64,000 bases of DNA from Candidatus Latescibacterota bacterium (lineage in GTDB: Bacteria; Latescibacterota; UBA2968; UBA8231), in contig OZ242214.1 in the NCBI GenBank assembly GCA_965206595.1, positions 3,520,001 to 3,584,000 of the forward strand, given 5' to 3'. The position numbers and the translations under genes are program-made. Each line of letters opens with the position of its first letter. The first letter of the stretch is position 1. Below are positions 49,118 through 59,033 of this stretch, in pieces. The notes beneath the pieces are model-generated. The model was given only the letters and a program-made list of their open reading frames with translations. It was not told the origin of the DNA and did no database searches.

Positions 49118-52100
49118 ATGCCTAGGGTCGGTACTCTAACTCAAGCAAAAGAAGGAAGCCAAACAATCGATATCCGTCCCACGCTTTTGATCGGCTTGGG
49201 AGGTACGGGAAAGGAAGTACTGCGACGGCTGCGACGGATGTTCTACGAGAAGTACAGGGTAGCGGGTTTACCCATCATGGAGTACCTATGGTTTGATACT
49301 GATATCCGCAATCAGTCCCTGAGCGGAGAGGTGCCCGACGAGTTGGACAGGCGTATTGATCTTACCGCTCCACAGAAGATTGATGGACGGGTCCAGCCCG
49401 GGGAGCTGGATGGATACCGGCGCAACAAGAATGCCTATCCCCATATATGGGACTGGTTTCCCAGCGAACTGGACGCGCTGCCTGCCAATGCCATCATGCA
49501 AGGTGCTGGGCAGATCCGTTCCTTCGGACGATTGGCTTTCTTCCACCATTACACGAGAATTCACGACGCCATCGAAAGATTGGGGAGAAAAGTAACTGCC
49601 CAAGAGGCCTTCGCGGACATGGACCGCGATTACCCAGATTATACGGTAGATAAAAGTGCCTTCGATATCATTATTATATCGTCTCTCGGCGGTGGAACGG
49701 GGTCTGGCTGCTTTATCGATGTCGGATTTCTGTGTCGAGTTTTGTTCCCAACTTCTACGCGCACGGCTTTTCTTGCCATGCCCACGGTTTTCGACGATGT
49801 AGTGGGATCCGCCGGGACAGAAGCCGTCCATGCCAATGGCTTTGCCGCCCTCAAGGAACTCGAATACTTCATGCAGCCCCGGTTTATCGTCGACGAGGAT
49901 AAGGAGACAAGCGAATACTCTACCCACGAATTTAATTGGGATGGTAGCCCTCAGCCGGTGCCAGCACCGCCTTTTGATACGGTCTATATGCTCGACAACG
50001 AGAATGTGGATGGCGAACGCATCACCGAATTCACTGATACGTTCCAGATGATCGCCGAGTTTCTGCTGCTGGATTTCGACCGGACTAGATTTGCCGCTCA
50101 AAAGCGCAGCGTACGTTCCAATATGGAGCAGTACCTACAGGATGTGACAGGCTACCACAGCGGAAGCTATGTCCAGTATTTTCCATGCCGATATGCATCT
50201 TTCGGGCTCTCCCAGATTGAATTGAATCAGCCTCGTCTGGCCAATGCGGCAGCTAATCGCTGCGCTCAGTATCTGGTAGAACTTATCATGGCCAAGGACA
50301 ACAGAATCCCTCGGGGCTATGATGATGCCGATGTCAAACCCCGCTTAGAGGGGATGGGCCTAACTGAGAAACTCTTTTTGCAACGCTGCTTGGCCATGCC
50401 CGGAAAGGATTTCACCTTGATTGATGAGGTCGTCAACGAGTTGATCGAACCGGCTTTCAATGAGTTGCAGAACGAGTTGCACACGGCACCGGCGGTAGAG
50501 GATCAAAAGGTTTTGGATCACCTAGTGGAAAAAACGCGGCAGGATATGGGTAGATTAGTCCGCGAGGTGAAGGAACGAGTAGGGGAAAGACTGTTACAGC
50601 AAGGCACCAAAAAGGGCGATGGTGTGACGCAGATCCTGGAAAATATCAGCTTGGATCGTCCCAATCTCGAAAAGCGGGTAGAGGCTGAGTGTCTTGAATT
50701 ATTATGCGATCCCTTGAATTTCGGCCCCAAGTTTATGGTTGAGTGGCTGAAGATCGCCGTCCTCGAACTAGAGCGCATCAAAGAGGAATTGCAGGCTAGG
50801 GAGAATCAGGACATAGAAGCACTAGAGGCACCGTCGCTCGAAATCGAATTTTCCGAAGATTACGAGAAATACGAGGCTCGCCTAAAAGCGGCTAGGGATG
50901 AGATGCCCTTTGCCATCTTAACTAGACGAATCGCTATCAACCATTACAAAGGACGCAAAAAGCAATCCCTTAAGCAGAACGCCGAGCTTATCACCCGTAA
51001 TCTGGTGCAGCAGGTGAAAGCTGTCGAGAAGCAACTAAAGGAATGGGTCACCGCTCGCTATGAGCAGGAAGCGGCTAGGCGTCTGTTCAATCCCAATTCC
51101 GGGGGACAGGTGCAGGAAAAGGGCCTGCTTGAAAATATGATCGGCTTTGTCGGCCAACAGACCGAAGTCCGGGGTACAGATGGTGAACTCCAGGTGGAAT
51201 TCAGCGGTTTGCTGGCCAAGGTAGAGGAATTTCAAAAACATCTCCAAGATCTGGCTAGCCGATTCGAGGGGTTCCATAATTCTTATCGAAAGCGGATGCC
51301 CAGTGTACGCAACCTCAGTCTCATGCCCGAACTTAACTATGAGGAGGCAATAAAGAAAGAGCTCGAAAGAAGAGGACTGACAGGTGCCGGTTTCAAGGCA
51401 ATTTTGCAAAATATTTTGAGGAGATATTTCCGATCGGAAGAAGCCAAGCCGCTGTTTGCTGAGTACGCTAATCTCGAAGGGACAGAGATCGATGCCATAC
51501 GAGATTGTACCCGCATTATCTTCAATCGCTCGGCGAATAAGAACAATGCCCCTCGTGATTGGGAAGAGGTAGAGGATTCATTGAGTCGGTTCGCGTTTGA
51601 CCTATTTAAAGAGTTCTATGCCGACAGGAACGCTGTTCAAGAGTTGCAAAACCAGAAACATAACGAGAAAGAGGAGATGCAGAAACGAGCACGGCTAGCC
51701 AAACCGCGGATGTCCAAGTTGAAACCTGCCCCTCAGGGTATGTCGAACCACACTCGGAACACGATAGGACTTCCCCCAAATGAAAAAAGGTGGGAGGAGC
51801 TAATCGACCAAAACGTGGAAGGATACAAAGCGGAGTATCACGCCCCCGATTCGGTGATATTTGTCAGTCAATGGATGGCCTTTCCTCTGTTCGCTATCGA
51901 GAATTTGAGGAAACTGCACGGGGCATACAAAAACAACCTTAAAGTTCCGCAGAATGTATTCCGTCGGTACATGACCAAAGACTATATCAAATATCCGGAG
52001 ATACTACCGCCTAGGGACGACCAAGAAGCGCGAACGCTAGTGGATGCCCTACAGCCGCTCATTGATGGCATCTTACTCGAGGTAGTGACTTTTGACAGAC

Positions 52101-52579
52101 GGGGATTCTACCGAACTTACCGAGCGCAGGGGCGAAAATACACGGATCATTACGGACCTAATATCGAGGTGGCACGCCGGAGTTTGGCCCAAGACAGGGA
52201 CACACGAGATAGGCTGCGCCAAGCGGTGCAAAAGATTTGGGATAACTGGAAATCGAATGGCAATGGCCTCGTTTTCGAGCAGTACTTGGCCCTCCAAAGC
52301 CATCTAGTGGATGAGGTATATCCCAAAAGAAGAGTTGTGATAGACGGCCAGAGTGTGAATGTGGACGACTTGTTCTACAGCTTGCTTAGCGAGGCTTTCA
52401 AAAAGAATTTCAAGGAGGTGCAGAAGCGCTTGGGCATTAGCCCCAGCGAATTGGACGACCGTATCGTCAAACACTTGCAGAACAAAGATGGTTTTGCCAA
52501 ACCCCTAGACTATAGCGATCCTCACTGCAAAGACGATATATATGTGATGGCGGGTGCCAGCCAATGCTTAGAGAAGTGA
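49118..52579 (+). CDS. Giant tubulin/FtsZ-like GTPase (Tubulin_2 / FtsZ-like 1 type) with long helical C-terminus
   Basis: AAGGAG RBS; LIGLGGTG, GAGQIRSFGRLAF, signature SSLGGGTGSG, ANGFAALKEL; about 800 aa helical/coiled-coil extension. Confidence 0.9.
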   Translation: MPRVGTLTQAKEGSQTIDIRPTLLIGLGGTGKEVLRRLRRMFYEKYRVAGLPIMEYLWFDTDIRNQSLSGEVPDELDRRIDLTAPQKIDGRVQPGELDGYRRNKNAYPHIWDWFPSELDALPANAIMQGAGQIRSFGRLAFFHHYTRIHDAIERLGRKVTAQEAFADMDRDYPDYTVDKSAFDIIIISSLGGGTGSGCFIDVGFLCRVLFPTSTRTAFLAMPTVFDDVVGSAGTEAVHANGFAALKELEYFMQPRFIVDEDKETSEYSTHEFNWDGSPQPVPAPPFDTVYMLDNENVDGERITEFTDTFQMIAEFLLLDFDRTRFAAQKRSVRSNMEQYLQDVTGYHSGSYVQYFPCRYASFGLSQIELNQPRLANAAANRCAQYLVELIMAKDNRIPRGYDDADVKPRLEGMGLTEKLFLQRCLAMPGKDFTLIDEVVNELIEPAFNELQNELHTAPAVEDQKVLDHLVEKTRQDMGRLVREVKERVGERLLQQGTKKGDGVTQILENISLDRPNLEKRVEAECLELLCDPLNFGPKFMVEWLKIAVLELERIKEELQARENQDIEALEAPSLEIEFSEDYEKYEARLKAARDEMPFAILTRRIAINHYKGRKKQSLKQNAELITRNLVQQVKAVEKQLKEWVTARYEQEAARRLFNPNSGGQVQEKGLLENMIGFVGQQTEVRGTDGELQVEFSGLLAKVEEFQKHLQDLASRFEGFHNSYRKRMPSVRNLSLMPELNYEEAIKKELERRGLTGAGFKAILQNILRRYFRSEEAKPLFAEYANLEGTEIDAIRDCTRIIFNRSANKNNAPRDWEEVEDSLSRFAFDLFKEFYADRNAVQELQNQKHNEKEEMQKRARLAKPRMSKLKPAPQGMSNHTRNTIGLPPNEKRWEELIDQNVEGYKAEYHAPDSVIFVSQWMAFPLFAIENLRKLHGAYKNNLKVPQNVFRRYMTKDYIKYPEILPPRDDQEARTLVDALQPLIDGILLEVVTFDRRGFYRTYRAQGRKYTDHYGPNIEVARRSLAQDRDTRDRLRQAVQKIWDNWKSNGNGLVFEQYLALQSHLVDEVYPKRRVVIDGQSVNVDDLFYSLLSEAFKKNFKEVQKRLGISPSELDDRIVKHLQNKDGFAKPLDYSDPHCKDDIYVMAGASQCLEK

Positions 52580-55500
52580 GTCAAGAGCGGGTTGATAAGG
52601 CGATGGGTGCTTGTCCTGTTTGTCAGTGGCCCTGTGGAAGTCGAATCATCTTTTGCAGCAGTTGCGGGATTCAACTCGCCCGTCTAGAGGTGTCTCCCAA
52701 GCCCGTTGAGTCGTTGACGCTTTTCGAAGGCTTTCCAGTCATCATGTGGTTCGAGAATACCGGGAAAATAGCCGTGGAACTGGAACGTCTCGATGGAGTG
52801 GAATGGGCTTCGGAAGCGAATTGGCCCGTCTCCTTGGAACCAAAGGAAAAAATAGAAATACGCCGGCAGCATACCGAGCGTCTCGGCCAACGGGGGCGGT
52901 TGATCCTGCACTCCACGGTGTCACCGATTTCATTTCATTACCGGGTCCAAAAGGCTCCCCGAATCTGGCTGGCTGACGAGCAGGGACGGAAGTTTGACCA
53001 AGGCACTGACGGCGCACAGTTGTGGCCGGTAAATCAGGAAGCCCAAAGGCACGATCTGGCTCTTCACGCCGCAAGCGAAGTTGTTTTGGAAGGGCCTCCC
53101 CGTCTGTCCAAGGGAGATCAGGTGGTGGATATAGTACCGACGGAAGAGGTAAGCTACCCTTTCCGCTTAGGCCCAGACAAAGCTTTTTCGGTAAGTCTCA
53201 CCCAACCTCAGCCCCTGTCTGAAGAAGGGCATCCTGTATACCTCGTTTTTGCCATCCAGAACAGAGGTGATGTCCATTTTCATCTCAATCTAAAGTACAC
53301 TCTTCGGCCGGTGATCGAGGTTGAGTTCAATCCGCTGAGTTTCACCGGTGACACGGCACTTATCAGCGGAAGCCGAAAACAGAAGACTGCGAGTGCCACC
53401 ATTACGCACTTACGAGGCGCACCACTACGCATAAATGTCGTGACTAGCGATACGTCTTGGCTGCAGGTCATTGACACCAAGAAGGCCCCGGTCATCCTTA
53501 ACCCTCAGAGTTCAACGGCGGGGGTTGGTGAGGTGAGTGTGCTGGATCTCCGGTTGCAAATAAAGACTCTCGAAATCCCTTGGGTAACAGAATCAAAGCA
53601 TTTTAAACCCGAGATCATCGTCAAGGGGGAGGCTAGAGGAGCGGAAGACCCGGCGTTCGAAGAGAGGTACTCGCTCTTTGTCGAAGTAAAGCCTCCCACC
53701 CCGTTAGATTATCCTATTGGCATCGATTTTGGGACGACCAATTCTTGCTTGGCCTATGTTGAAGATGAAGAGACAATGCCTCGCTTGGCAGAACTCGAGA
53801 TAAATGAACCTCGCGCCGAAGTGCCGACTGTCTTTCAGTTCCTAGCAACAAATATGAAAACGGAACGTTTGGAACTTTCCAACCCTCTGGAGCCTAACGA
53901 GCATCACTTGGTGGCGACCGAGAACGAGGAAGCTATCATGCGCTTTGGGCGTCAGCCATTTTGGCAGATGAACGATCTTTGGCTCAATAGCGATGCCAAT
54001 GAGTTCTGGAACTTTATGAGCAGTATCTGCTGGAATTTCAAATACGCTCTCAGCCAACCCGACGATCAGAATTTTTATATTTCTACCGGGATGTCGGAAG
54101 GTATCTTGATCAATGGACATCCCTCTATAAATAGGCGGCCTATCAGCCTGACTCCGGTGGACCAAGTAGCTATTTATCTCCGATTTATGGTAGAGCACTT
54201 CATTGGAGAATTCGGGTATTTGCCCAAAGAGGGCGTGCTGACTTATCCGGCGGTATTCAATCGCCAAAAACAGGCCCTACAGGACGCCGCCGAAAAGGCT
54301 TTGCAGGATCGCGGCATTAAGCTCCACCTAGCTATTAGTGAGCCTGAAGCTATTGCGGTGTATTATGTGAAGAAGCAGCTTGATGAGGGTAATCTGAAAG
54401 ATGATATGGATGAACAGATCATTGGGGTATTCGACTGTGGTGGGGGAACGACCGATATGTCCATCGTACGCTACACTATGAATAATAATGAAGCTCAAGT
54501 GGAAATTCTCGGTTCCGATGGCGACAATCGGCTGGGAGGGAACCTGCTGACATTTCACTTGGCTAAATACTTCTACGAGCAACTCGTCCCTGAACAGTAC
54601 CGCAGTCGCTATCCCTTTGCAAAAGATCTGCGTGATGGCTTAAGCACCCAAGATCCCAGTATGAAAAAGAACTTTCTGTGTCTCTATCGGTTAGCTGAGG
54701 AGATCAAGACAAACAGCAAGGCTTATGAGTCGTTCGATGAATGTTTTTCCCAAGACAGCTACAAGAAACTGATCCAAACAAGAGATAAGGGATTGCTGGA
54801 TCTGCTAGCCAGTGACGAGAAACTGAATTGGCCTAGGATTGATTTGGTCAGCCGAGAAGGGGGCGATGTATTTCGAGTCACGGAGGGCTTAAAGCGCAGC
54901 ATCAACGGCGACGCCTTGCCGGAGGAACTTAGCTCTATGGATTACCAGGCTATTCGCTCTGTGCTCAGCCGAGAATTAGAATGGGGCTTCCAAAAACTAG
55001 CTATGATGCAGCAGGCGCTTTTCGAGCGGGAGATTATGTCGGAATTCCGGCTAGACCACCTGATCTTGGCCGGCAACTCGTCCAAATTGCCGATTATGAA
55101 AGAGGTCGCCCAGGAGATGATACAGGCTAAAGAGTTTTCGGACTCTGCTCTTTCTTCAGAGACAGCCTCCAATAATGGCTTGAAGGCGAGCGTGGCTTCG
55201 GGAGCGGCTATTTACAGCATGTCTCAACGCGATCCAGAGTTCAGACTTCAAGTCTTCGGGATACACAAGCTAAATTATCCGATAGGTTCCTACAATCCAA
55301 TGCGAGGCTTCAGCCCCATTTTCGACCGTTGGATTTCCCTAAATAATGGAGAGGTACATCGCTATGCGAGCAGGGTTTCTCCTAATGATCGTAGGATTCC
55401 TCGGATCCTACTGTACGAATTCTTCGATTGGGACTACAAAAACCGGAAAGCAGATCGGAGTAAAGTAGCGGATATTCCCATGCCGCTAGGGAACAGAGCT

Positions 55501-55665
55501 TTTATGCAGGCCGAGTATTGGCAGTACAAGCTCGAGCTTCGAGCCGACGAAAATAATCTCGGTCGGCTCTATTACAACTTCGCGGTAGGACAGGAAAATG
55601 ATGGAAGTGATTTTGAAGAAATTTATGATGAATACTTGAGATGCGAGGACTTTAACTATAGTTGA
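52564..55665 (+). CDS. Hsp70/DnaK-like ATPase with N-terminal double Zn-ribbon and Ig-like region
   Basis: CPVC..CSSCG; IGIDFGTTNS, LTYPAVF, ISEPEA, VFDCGGGTTDMS, GDNRLGG, LILAGNSSKLP, SVASGAA; no canonical substrate-binding domain or lid. Start 52564 or GTG at 52576. Confidence 0.88.
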   Translation: MLREVSQERVDKAMGACPVCQWPCGSRIIFCSSCGIQLARLEVSPKPVESLTLFEGFPVIMWFENTGKIAVELERLDGVEWASEANWPVSLEPKEKIEIRRQHTERLGQRGRLILHSTVSPISFHYRVQKAPRIWLADEQGRKFDQGTDGAQLWPVNQEAQRHDLALHAASEVVLEGPPRLSKGDQVVDIVPTEEVSYPFRLGPDKAFSVSLTQPQPLSEEGHPVYLVFAIQNRGDVHFHLNLKYTLRPVIEVEFNPLSFTGDTALISGSRKQKTASATITHLRGAPLRINVVTSDTSWLQVIDTKKAPVILNPQSSTAGVGEVSVLDLRLQIKTLEIPWVTESKHFKPEIIVKGEARGAEDPAFEERYSLFVEVKPPTPLDYPIGIDFGTTNSCLAYVEDEETMPRLAELEINEPRAEVPTVFQFLATNMKTERLELSNPLEPNEHHLVATENEEAIMRFGRQPFWQMNDLWLNSDANEFWNFMSSICWNFKYALSQPDDQNFYISTGMSEGILINGHPSINRRPISLTPVDQVAIYLRFMVEHFIGEFGYLPKEGVLTYPAVFNRQKQALQDAAEKALQDRGIKLHLAISEPEAIAVYYVKKQLDEGNLKDDMDEQIIGVFDCGGGTTDMSIVRYTMNNNEAQVEILGSDGDNRLGGNLLTFHLAKYFYEQLVPEQYRSRYPFAKDLRDGLSTQDPSMKKNFLCLYRLAEEIKTNSKAYESFDECFSQDSYKKLIQTRDKGLLDLLASDEKLNWPRIDLVSREGGDVFRVTEGLKRSINGDALPEELSSMDYQAIRSVLSRELEWGFQKLAMMQQALFEREIMSEFRLDHLILAGNSSKLPIMKEVAQEMIQAKEFSDSALSSETASNNGLKASVASGAAIYSMSQRDPEFRLQVFGIHKLNYPIGSYNPMRGFSPIFDRWISLNNGEVHRYASRVSPNDRRIPRILLYEFFDWDYKNRKADRSKVADIPMPLGNRAFMQAEYWQYKLELRADENNLGRLYYNFAVGQENDGSDFEEIYDEYLRCEDFNYS

Positions 55666-56679
55666 ATGTTTTGTAGCAATGACCTGACAAGGGAGACGTT
55701 AAAAAATAAAGACCAGAAAAAGCTTAGAATGGATAAGATATCTATGGCAGAATTCCAAGAAAAGGTTGAGGCCCTAGGCAACGAAGTTGCCCACTGGGAG
55801 AAAGGGCTCCAAGCTCTGCAGGAAATCGTCTCTAAGACAAGACAGGTCCGCGAGAAACTACACACGGGCGATCTCGGCAGTCTCGTCTTCTCGGATATCC
55901 TCGATGTAGCCAAGGGCTTCGATGGAGCGGAAGAGAGCTTTGTGAAGAAAGTTGGCGTGTTTTTGAACGATTTGAGAAACTTCAGAAAAAAGCTGACAAA
56001 GTTCCACGACAATATACAAGCCTCCTACGACGATTACGCAGATCTCTACCAGTCTATCCCTATCAACACCAAGTTCCAAGAGCTACAAAAGCTAGGGGTC
56101 GATGTGGAAAAGAGACTAAAATCGTTCCAAGAAGAAGTACGGGATGCTGCCGAAGAATGGATCAAAAAATACTCAAAGATTACAAATACCCGAGATCGTT
56201 TCCGAGAAATGCTCGAAGAACTGCCACTAGAACCTGAAAAGAGTATGCCGTCGATACAGTATGCCGAGACCATTGACGAGGACATCAAAAAGATCAAAGA
56301 GGCAGTGAATAAATTGGATTTTGTCTCTTTTATATCGGAGGGATCGGCTCTCAAAGATCAATGGACGACGATCCAAGCTAAGATAGACAGTTGTAGCAGT
56401 CCGTGGGATTCTGCACTGATCGGTTTAATCAAACAGTTGGATGGCAAAGAAAAATCGCTAGAACAGAAACCCGCAAAATTGGAAAGATTTGCCCAAGAAC
56501 GCGACTTTGAGTTGATTTGGCCAGAGCAAGGGGACAAATACTCGCCAGAAGATCACCAAATTTCCGATGAGCGAGAAGATTCTCAGGTAGGCCGCGGTCA
56601 AGTGATTCGATTTGTTACACCTGGATTACGCCGGGGAACTGAGGTAATTGTTAAGTCCGGGATTTTGCTAGCGAAATGA
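55666..56679 (+). CDS. Coiled-coil protein with GrpE-like C-terminal head
   Basis: Long heptad-rich body; LIWPEQGDKYSPEDHQ..GQVIRFVTPGLRRGTEVIVKSGILLAK resembles GrpE G..FDP..H..G.V..V...GY....V...A.V.V; directly follows the Hsp70-like gene. Start may be 55729. Confidence 0.65.
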   Translation: MFCSNDLTRETLKNKDQKKLRMDKISMAEFQEKVEALGNEVAHWEKGLQALQEIVSKTRQVREKLHTGDLGSLVFSDILDVAKGFDGAEESFVKKVGVFLNDLRNFRKKLTKFHDNIQASYDDYADLYQSIPINTKFQELQKLGVDVEKRLKSFQEEVRDAAEEWIKKYSKITNTRDRFREMLEELPLEPEKSMPSIQYAETIDEDIKKIKEAVNKLDFVSFISEGSALKDQWTTIQAKIDSCSSPWDSALIGLIKQLDGKEKSLEQKPAKLERFAQERDFELIWPEQGDKYSPEDHQISDEREDSQVGRGQVIRFVTPGLRRGTEVIVKSGILLAK

Positions 56680-56736
56680 GCAAAAGGGTGCCTGTCCTGT
56701 AACTGAATTCCAACTACAGCAGAGAAATCCTCTCCC

Positions 56737-58337
56737 ATGAGTTTAGACTTTTTAGCCCAAAACAGCGATCAGATTCGGGACTGTTTTATCGCTCTCATTA
56801 TCTTGGTCGGCCTATTTGCACTTTACCGATTTGTCCAAGGATGCAGAGAAACGCGGCGATATCGCAGCGGATTGCGTGCTATGGAGAGATGGGAGAAAAG
56901 CAATTCTAATTTCAATCTAGAGGAAAAGACTGAGCAATCTCCCGAAGATGTTATTAAGGAAGTCCAGCATCCCCTAGCCGTCAGTTGGCTCGAACAGCTC
57001 CAGATGTAGACGGTCTTATCGGCTCTATCGAACACGAACTCGCCCGGTACGACGAAGCATTCCGCTCACTTACCAGCAGCCTCATTCTATTGGGCCTACT
57101 GGGCACGTTCGTTGGCTTAATAATCGTGGTCATACCTATCCCAGGTATTATCCAAGGAGCGCAGATTTCACCGACGTTGAGGCAAGAGGTAAAAATAGAG
57201 GATGTATTTAGTACCATCCTAGAAGGATTAGGACAGTCCGTAAGCGGGATGCCGCTGGCGTTCATTACCAGTATAATAGGACTTTTTTCCACCTTAATCC
57301 TCAATGCTCTGTACAGCCCACTACTCCACAGTAGGAACACATTATTGGCAAACATGGAAGAGTGCTTCAACGCGAAGATCGCTCCCAAGTTTGCTGTAAT
57401 GCCGCCTCAGTTGCGCTTGAGCCGCGTCTTTACTCAAACAGTAAACGACCTATACGATAAGTATTTCACTGCGCTTTCCGAATACTTAGACAAAAGACTC
57501 AAGGAGATTGTCAATAGTAACGCCCGCATGGTCTTACTTATAGAAGAGGGCGGAACCAAGCTCAAGGAAAGTAGCGAGGCCAGTCTGAAGAGCGCGCAGA
57601 TTTTTGAGCAGCACAAAGATACGGTAGCTGCAGGGGCGAAAGAAATAATGAGAGCGGCTATAGAGTTTTCTCGACACATCGAGAACTTTGAGCGGCTAAG
57701 CGGGCCTCTGAATGCGCTCAAGAACAGCGTCGATACTATGCTCAAGGAGAGCGAGCGACTGATGGCCCGACAGTTTCAAGCCTTTGATGAGCGGATAGAC
57801 AGACAATCCAAGTTATTTGAGGAGCGAATGGAGATCCTAGGAGATGGTCTAGCCGAGACTCTGGAGACGATAAGAGGATTGAATGACACAGATTATCGTC
57901 CAAATTTCGTGAACATCCAGAACCTACTCATTGCGGTCAAGGAGAGCCAAGATGCCTTCCTGGAATTTCAGAAGAAGACGCTCAACGAGCAAGGCGAAGC
58001 GTTTGAACGGGCTAAGAAACCCTTACAAGATGAATTGGAAAGGCTTCGCCAAGATCTGCAAGGATTTAACAAGGAGATAACGTTGTTGCAGAACCAGGCA
58101 GGCCAAGTGGTAGGGGCGGTCAATCAAGGGTTCAAAAAAACTGGGGAGGATCTCCAAGTACTGAAAGCTATAGATCTGGTAGTCCCCAAGCTCGAAGACA
58201 TGAATGCGACGGCGCAGGCTATAGAGGCTCAGTTGGATGGTATAGCGAAATCGCCGCAGGGTATCACCGTACGATCTCAAAGAACATTGAAATGGAGCAA
58301 TATTCGCCAGTTATTCAAGAAAAATAGCAGGGAATAG
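56737..58337 (+). CDS. ZorA/MotA/TolQ-like proton-channel subunit with long cytoplasmic coiled-coil tail; split by a frameshift
   Basis: TM1 lies in 56737..57009. LGLLGTFVGL and MPLAFITSIIG (MotA/ExbB/ZorA TM motifs) lie in 56985..58337, followed by a >300 aa helical tail. Frame change between 56958 and 57006. Confidence 0.8.
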
Positions 58338-58376
58338 CCAGAACCATTAGCTGAATGCTTGGGAAAGTAGCCCCGG

Positions 58377-59033
58377 ATGAAAAGGAATCGCAGCAGCCAT
58401 AGTGGACTCGATTTCTGGCCTTCTTTCACGGACGCAATCACGGCTATTTTCATTTGCGTCACCTTTTTTCTTGTTGTGATGGTGATCAAGAATTATGTGG
58501 ATCTGAGCCGTCTGCGAACGCTGGAACAATTGGTGGGTAAGATAGAGAAAGATCTCGATGAGTTAGAGGAATTTATGGGGGGGGAAGACGTCCTCGTGGA
58601 AGAGGGTACAATTGTTATGCGCAGTGATATTTTGTTCTCTTTTGATGAATCCGAACTGGATGATATTCCCGTCGAAGGGCAGAATCGGCTCAGCCGAATC
58701 GGTAAAAAATTGAAGGAGTTTACGGAAAAAAAAGACAGTAAATTGTTCAGCATAGTGGTAGAGGGCCACACCGACAGTTACGGCGAGAGGGAATACAACC
58801 GCAGTCTATCTCTGAGACGATCTCAAACTGTAATGGACTATTGGGAGCAGGTCGGTTTCACTTGGCAAAATTACGATATTGTCCCGGTCGGCTTAGGTGA
58901 GCGGGAGCTGGTTGTTCCAAACGGAACAAAGGATGAACAGTCCCCTAACCGACGTATCGTTATCCGATTGGTGCCTAAATTTAGCCAACTAATCCAAAGC
59001 CTGAAGGAACAGAACATCCTACTGAGGGAATAG
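58377..59033 (+). CDS. ZorB/MotB-like protein with OmpA-type peptidoglycan-binding domain
   Basis: FWPSFTDAITAIF (conserved TM Asp), DILFSFDES, VEGHTD, NRSLSLRRS, NRRIVI. Confidence 0.9.
   Translation: MKRNRSSHSGLDFWPSFTDAITAIFICVTFFLVVMVIKNYVDLSRLRTLEQLVGKIEKDLDELEEFMGGEDVLVEEGTIVMRSDILFSFDESELDDIPVEGQNRLSRIGKKLKEFTEKKDSKLFSIVVEGHTDSYGEREYNRSLSLRRSQTVMDYWEQVGFTWQNYDIVPVGLGERELVVPNGTKDEQSPNRRIVIRLVPKFSQLIQSLKEQNILLRE

Noticed and set aside
49118-52579. Calling this gene ftsZ
   Set aside because: About three times too long, no recognisable T7 loop or C-terminal core peptide, and no dcw cluster context.
52564-56679. Calling these genes housekeeping dnaK-grpE
   Set aside because: Extra N-terminal domains, no canonical substrate-binding domain, no dnaJ or hrcA, foreign base composition.
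56737-59033. Flagellar motAB, exbBD/tolQR, or canonical Zorya type I/II
   Set aside because: The long A-subunit tail and absence of flagellar, TonB or Tol genes argue against the first two; no ZorC/ZorD helicase or ZorE HNH nuclease is recognisable.
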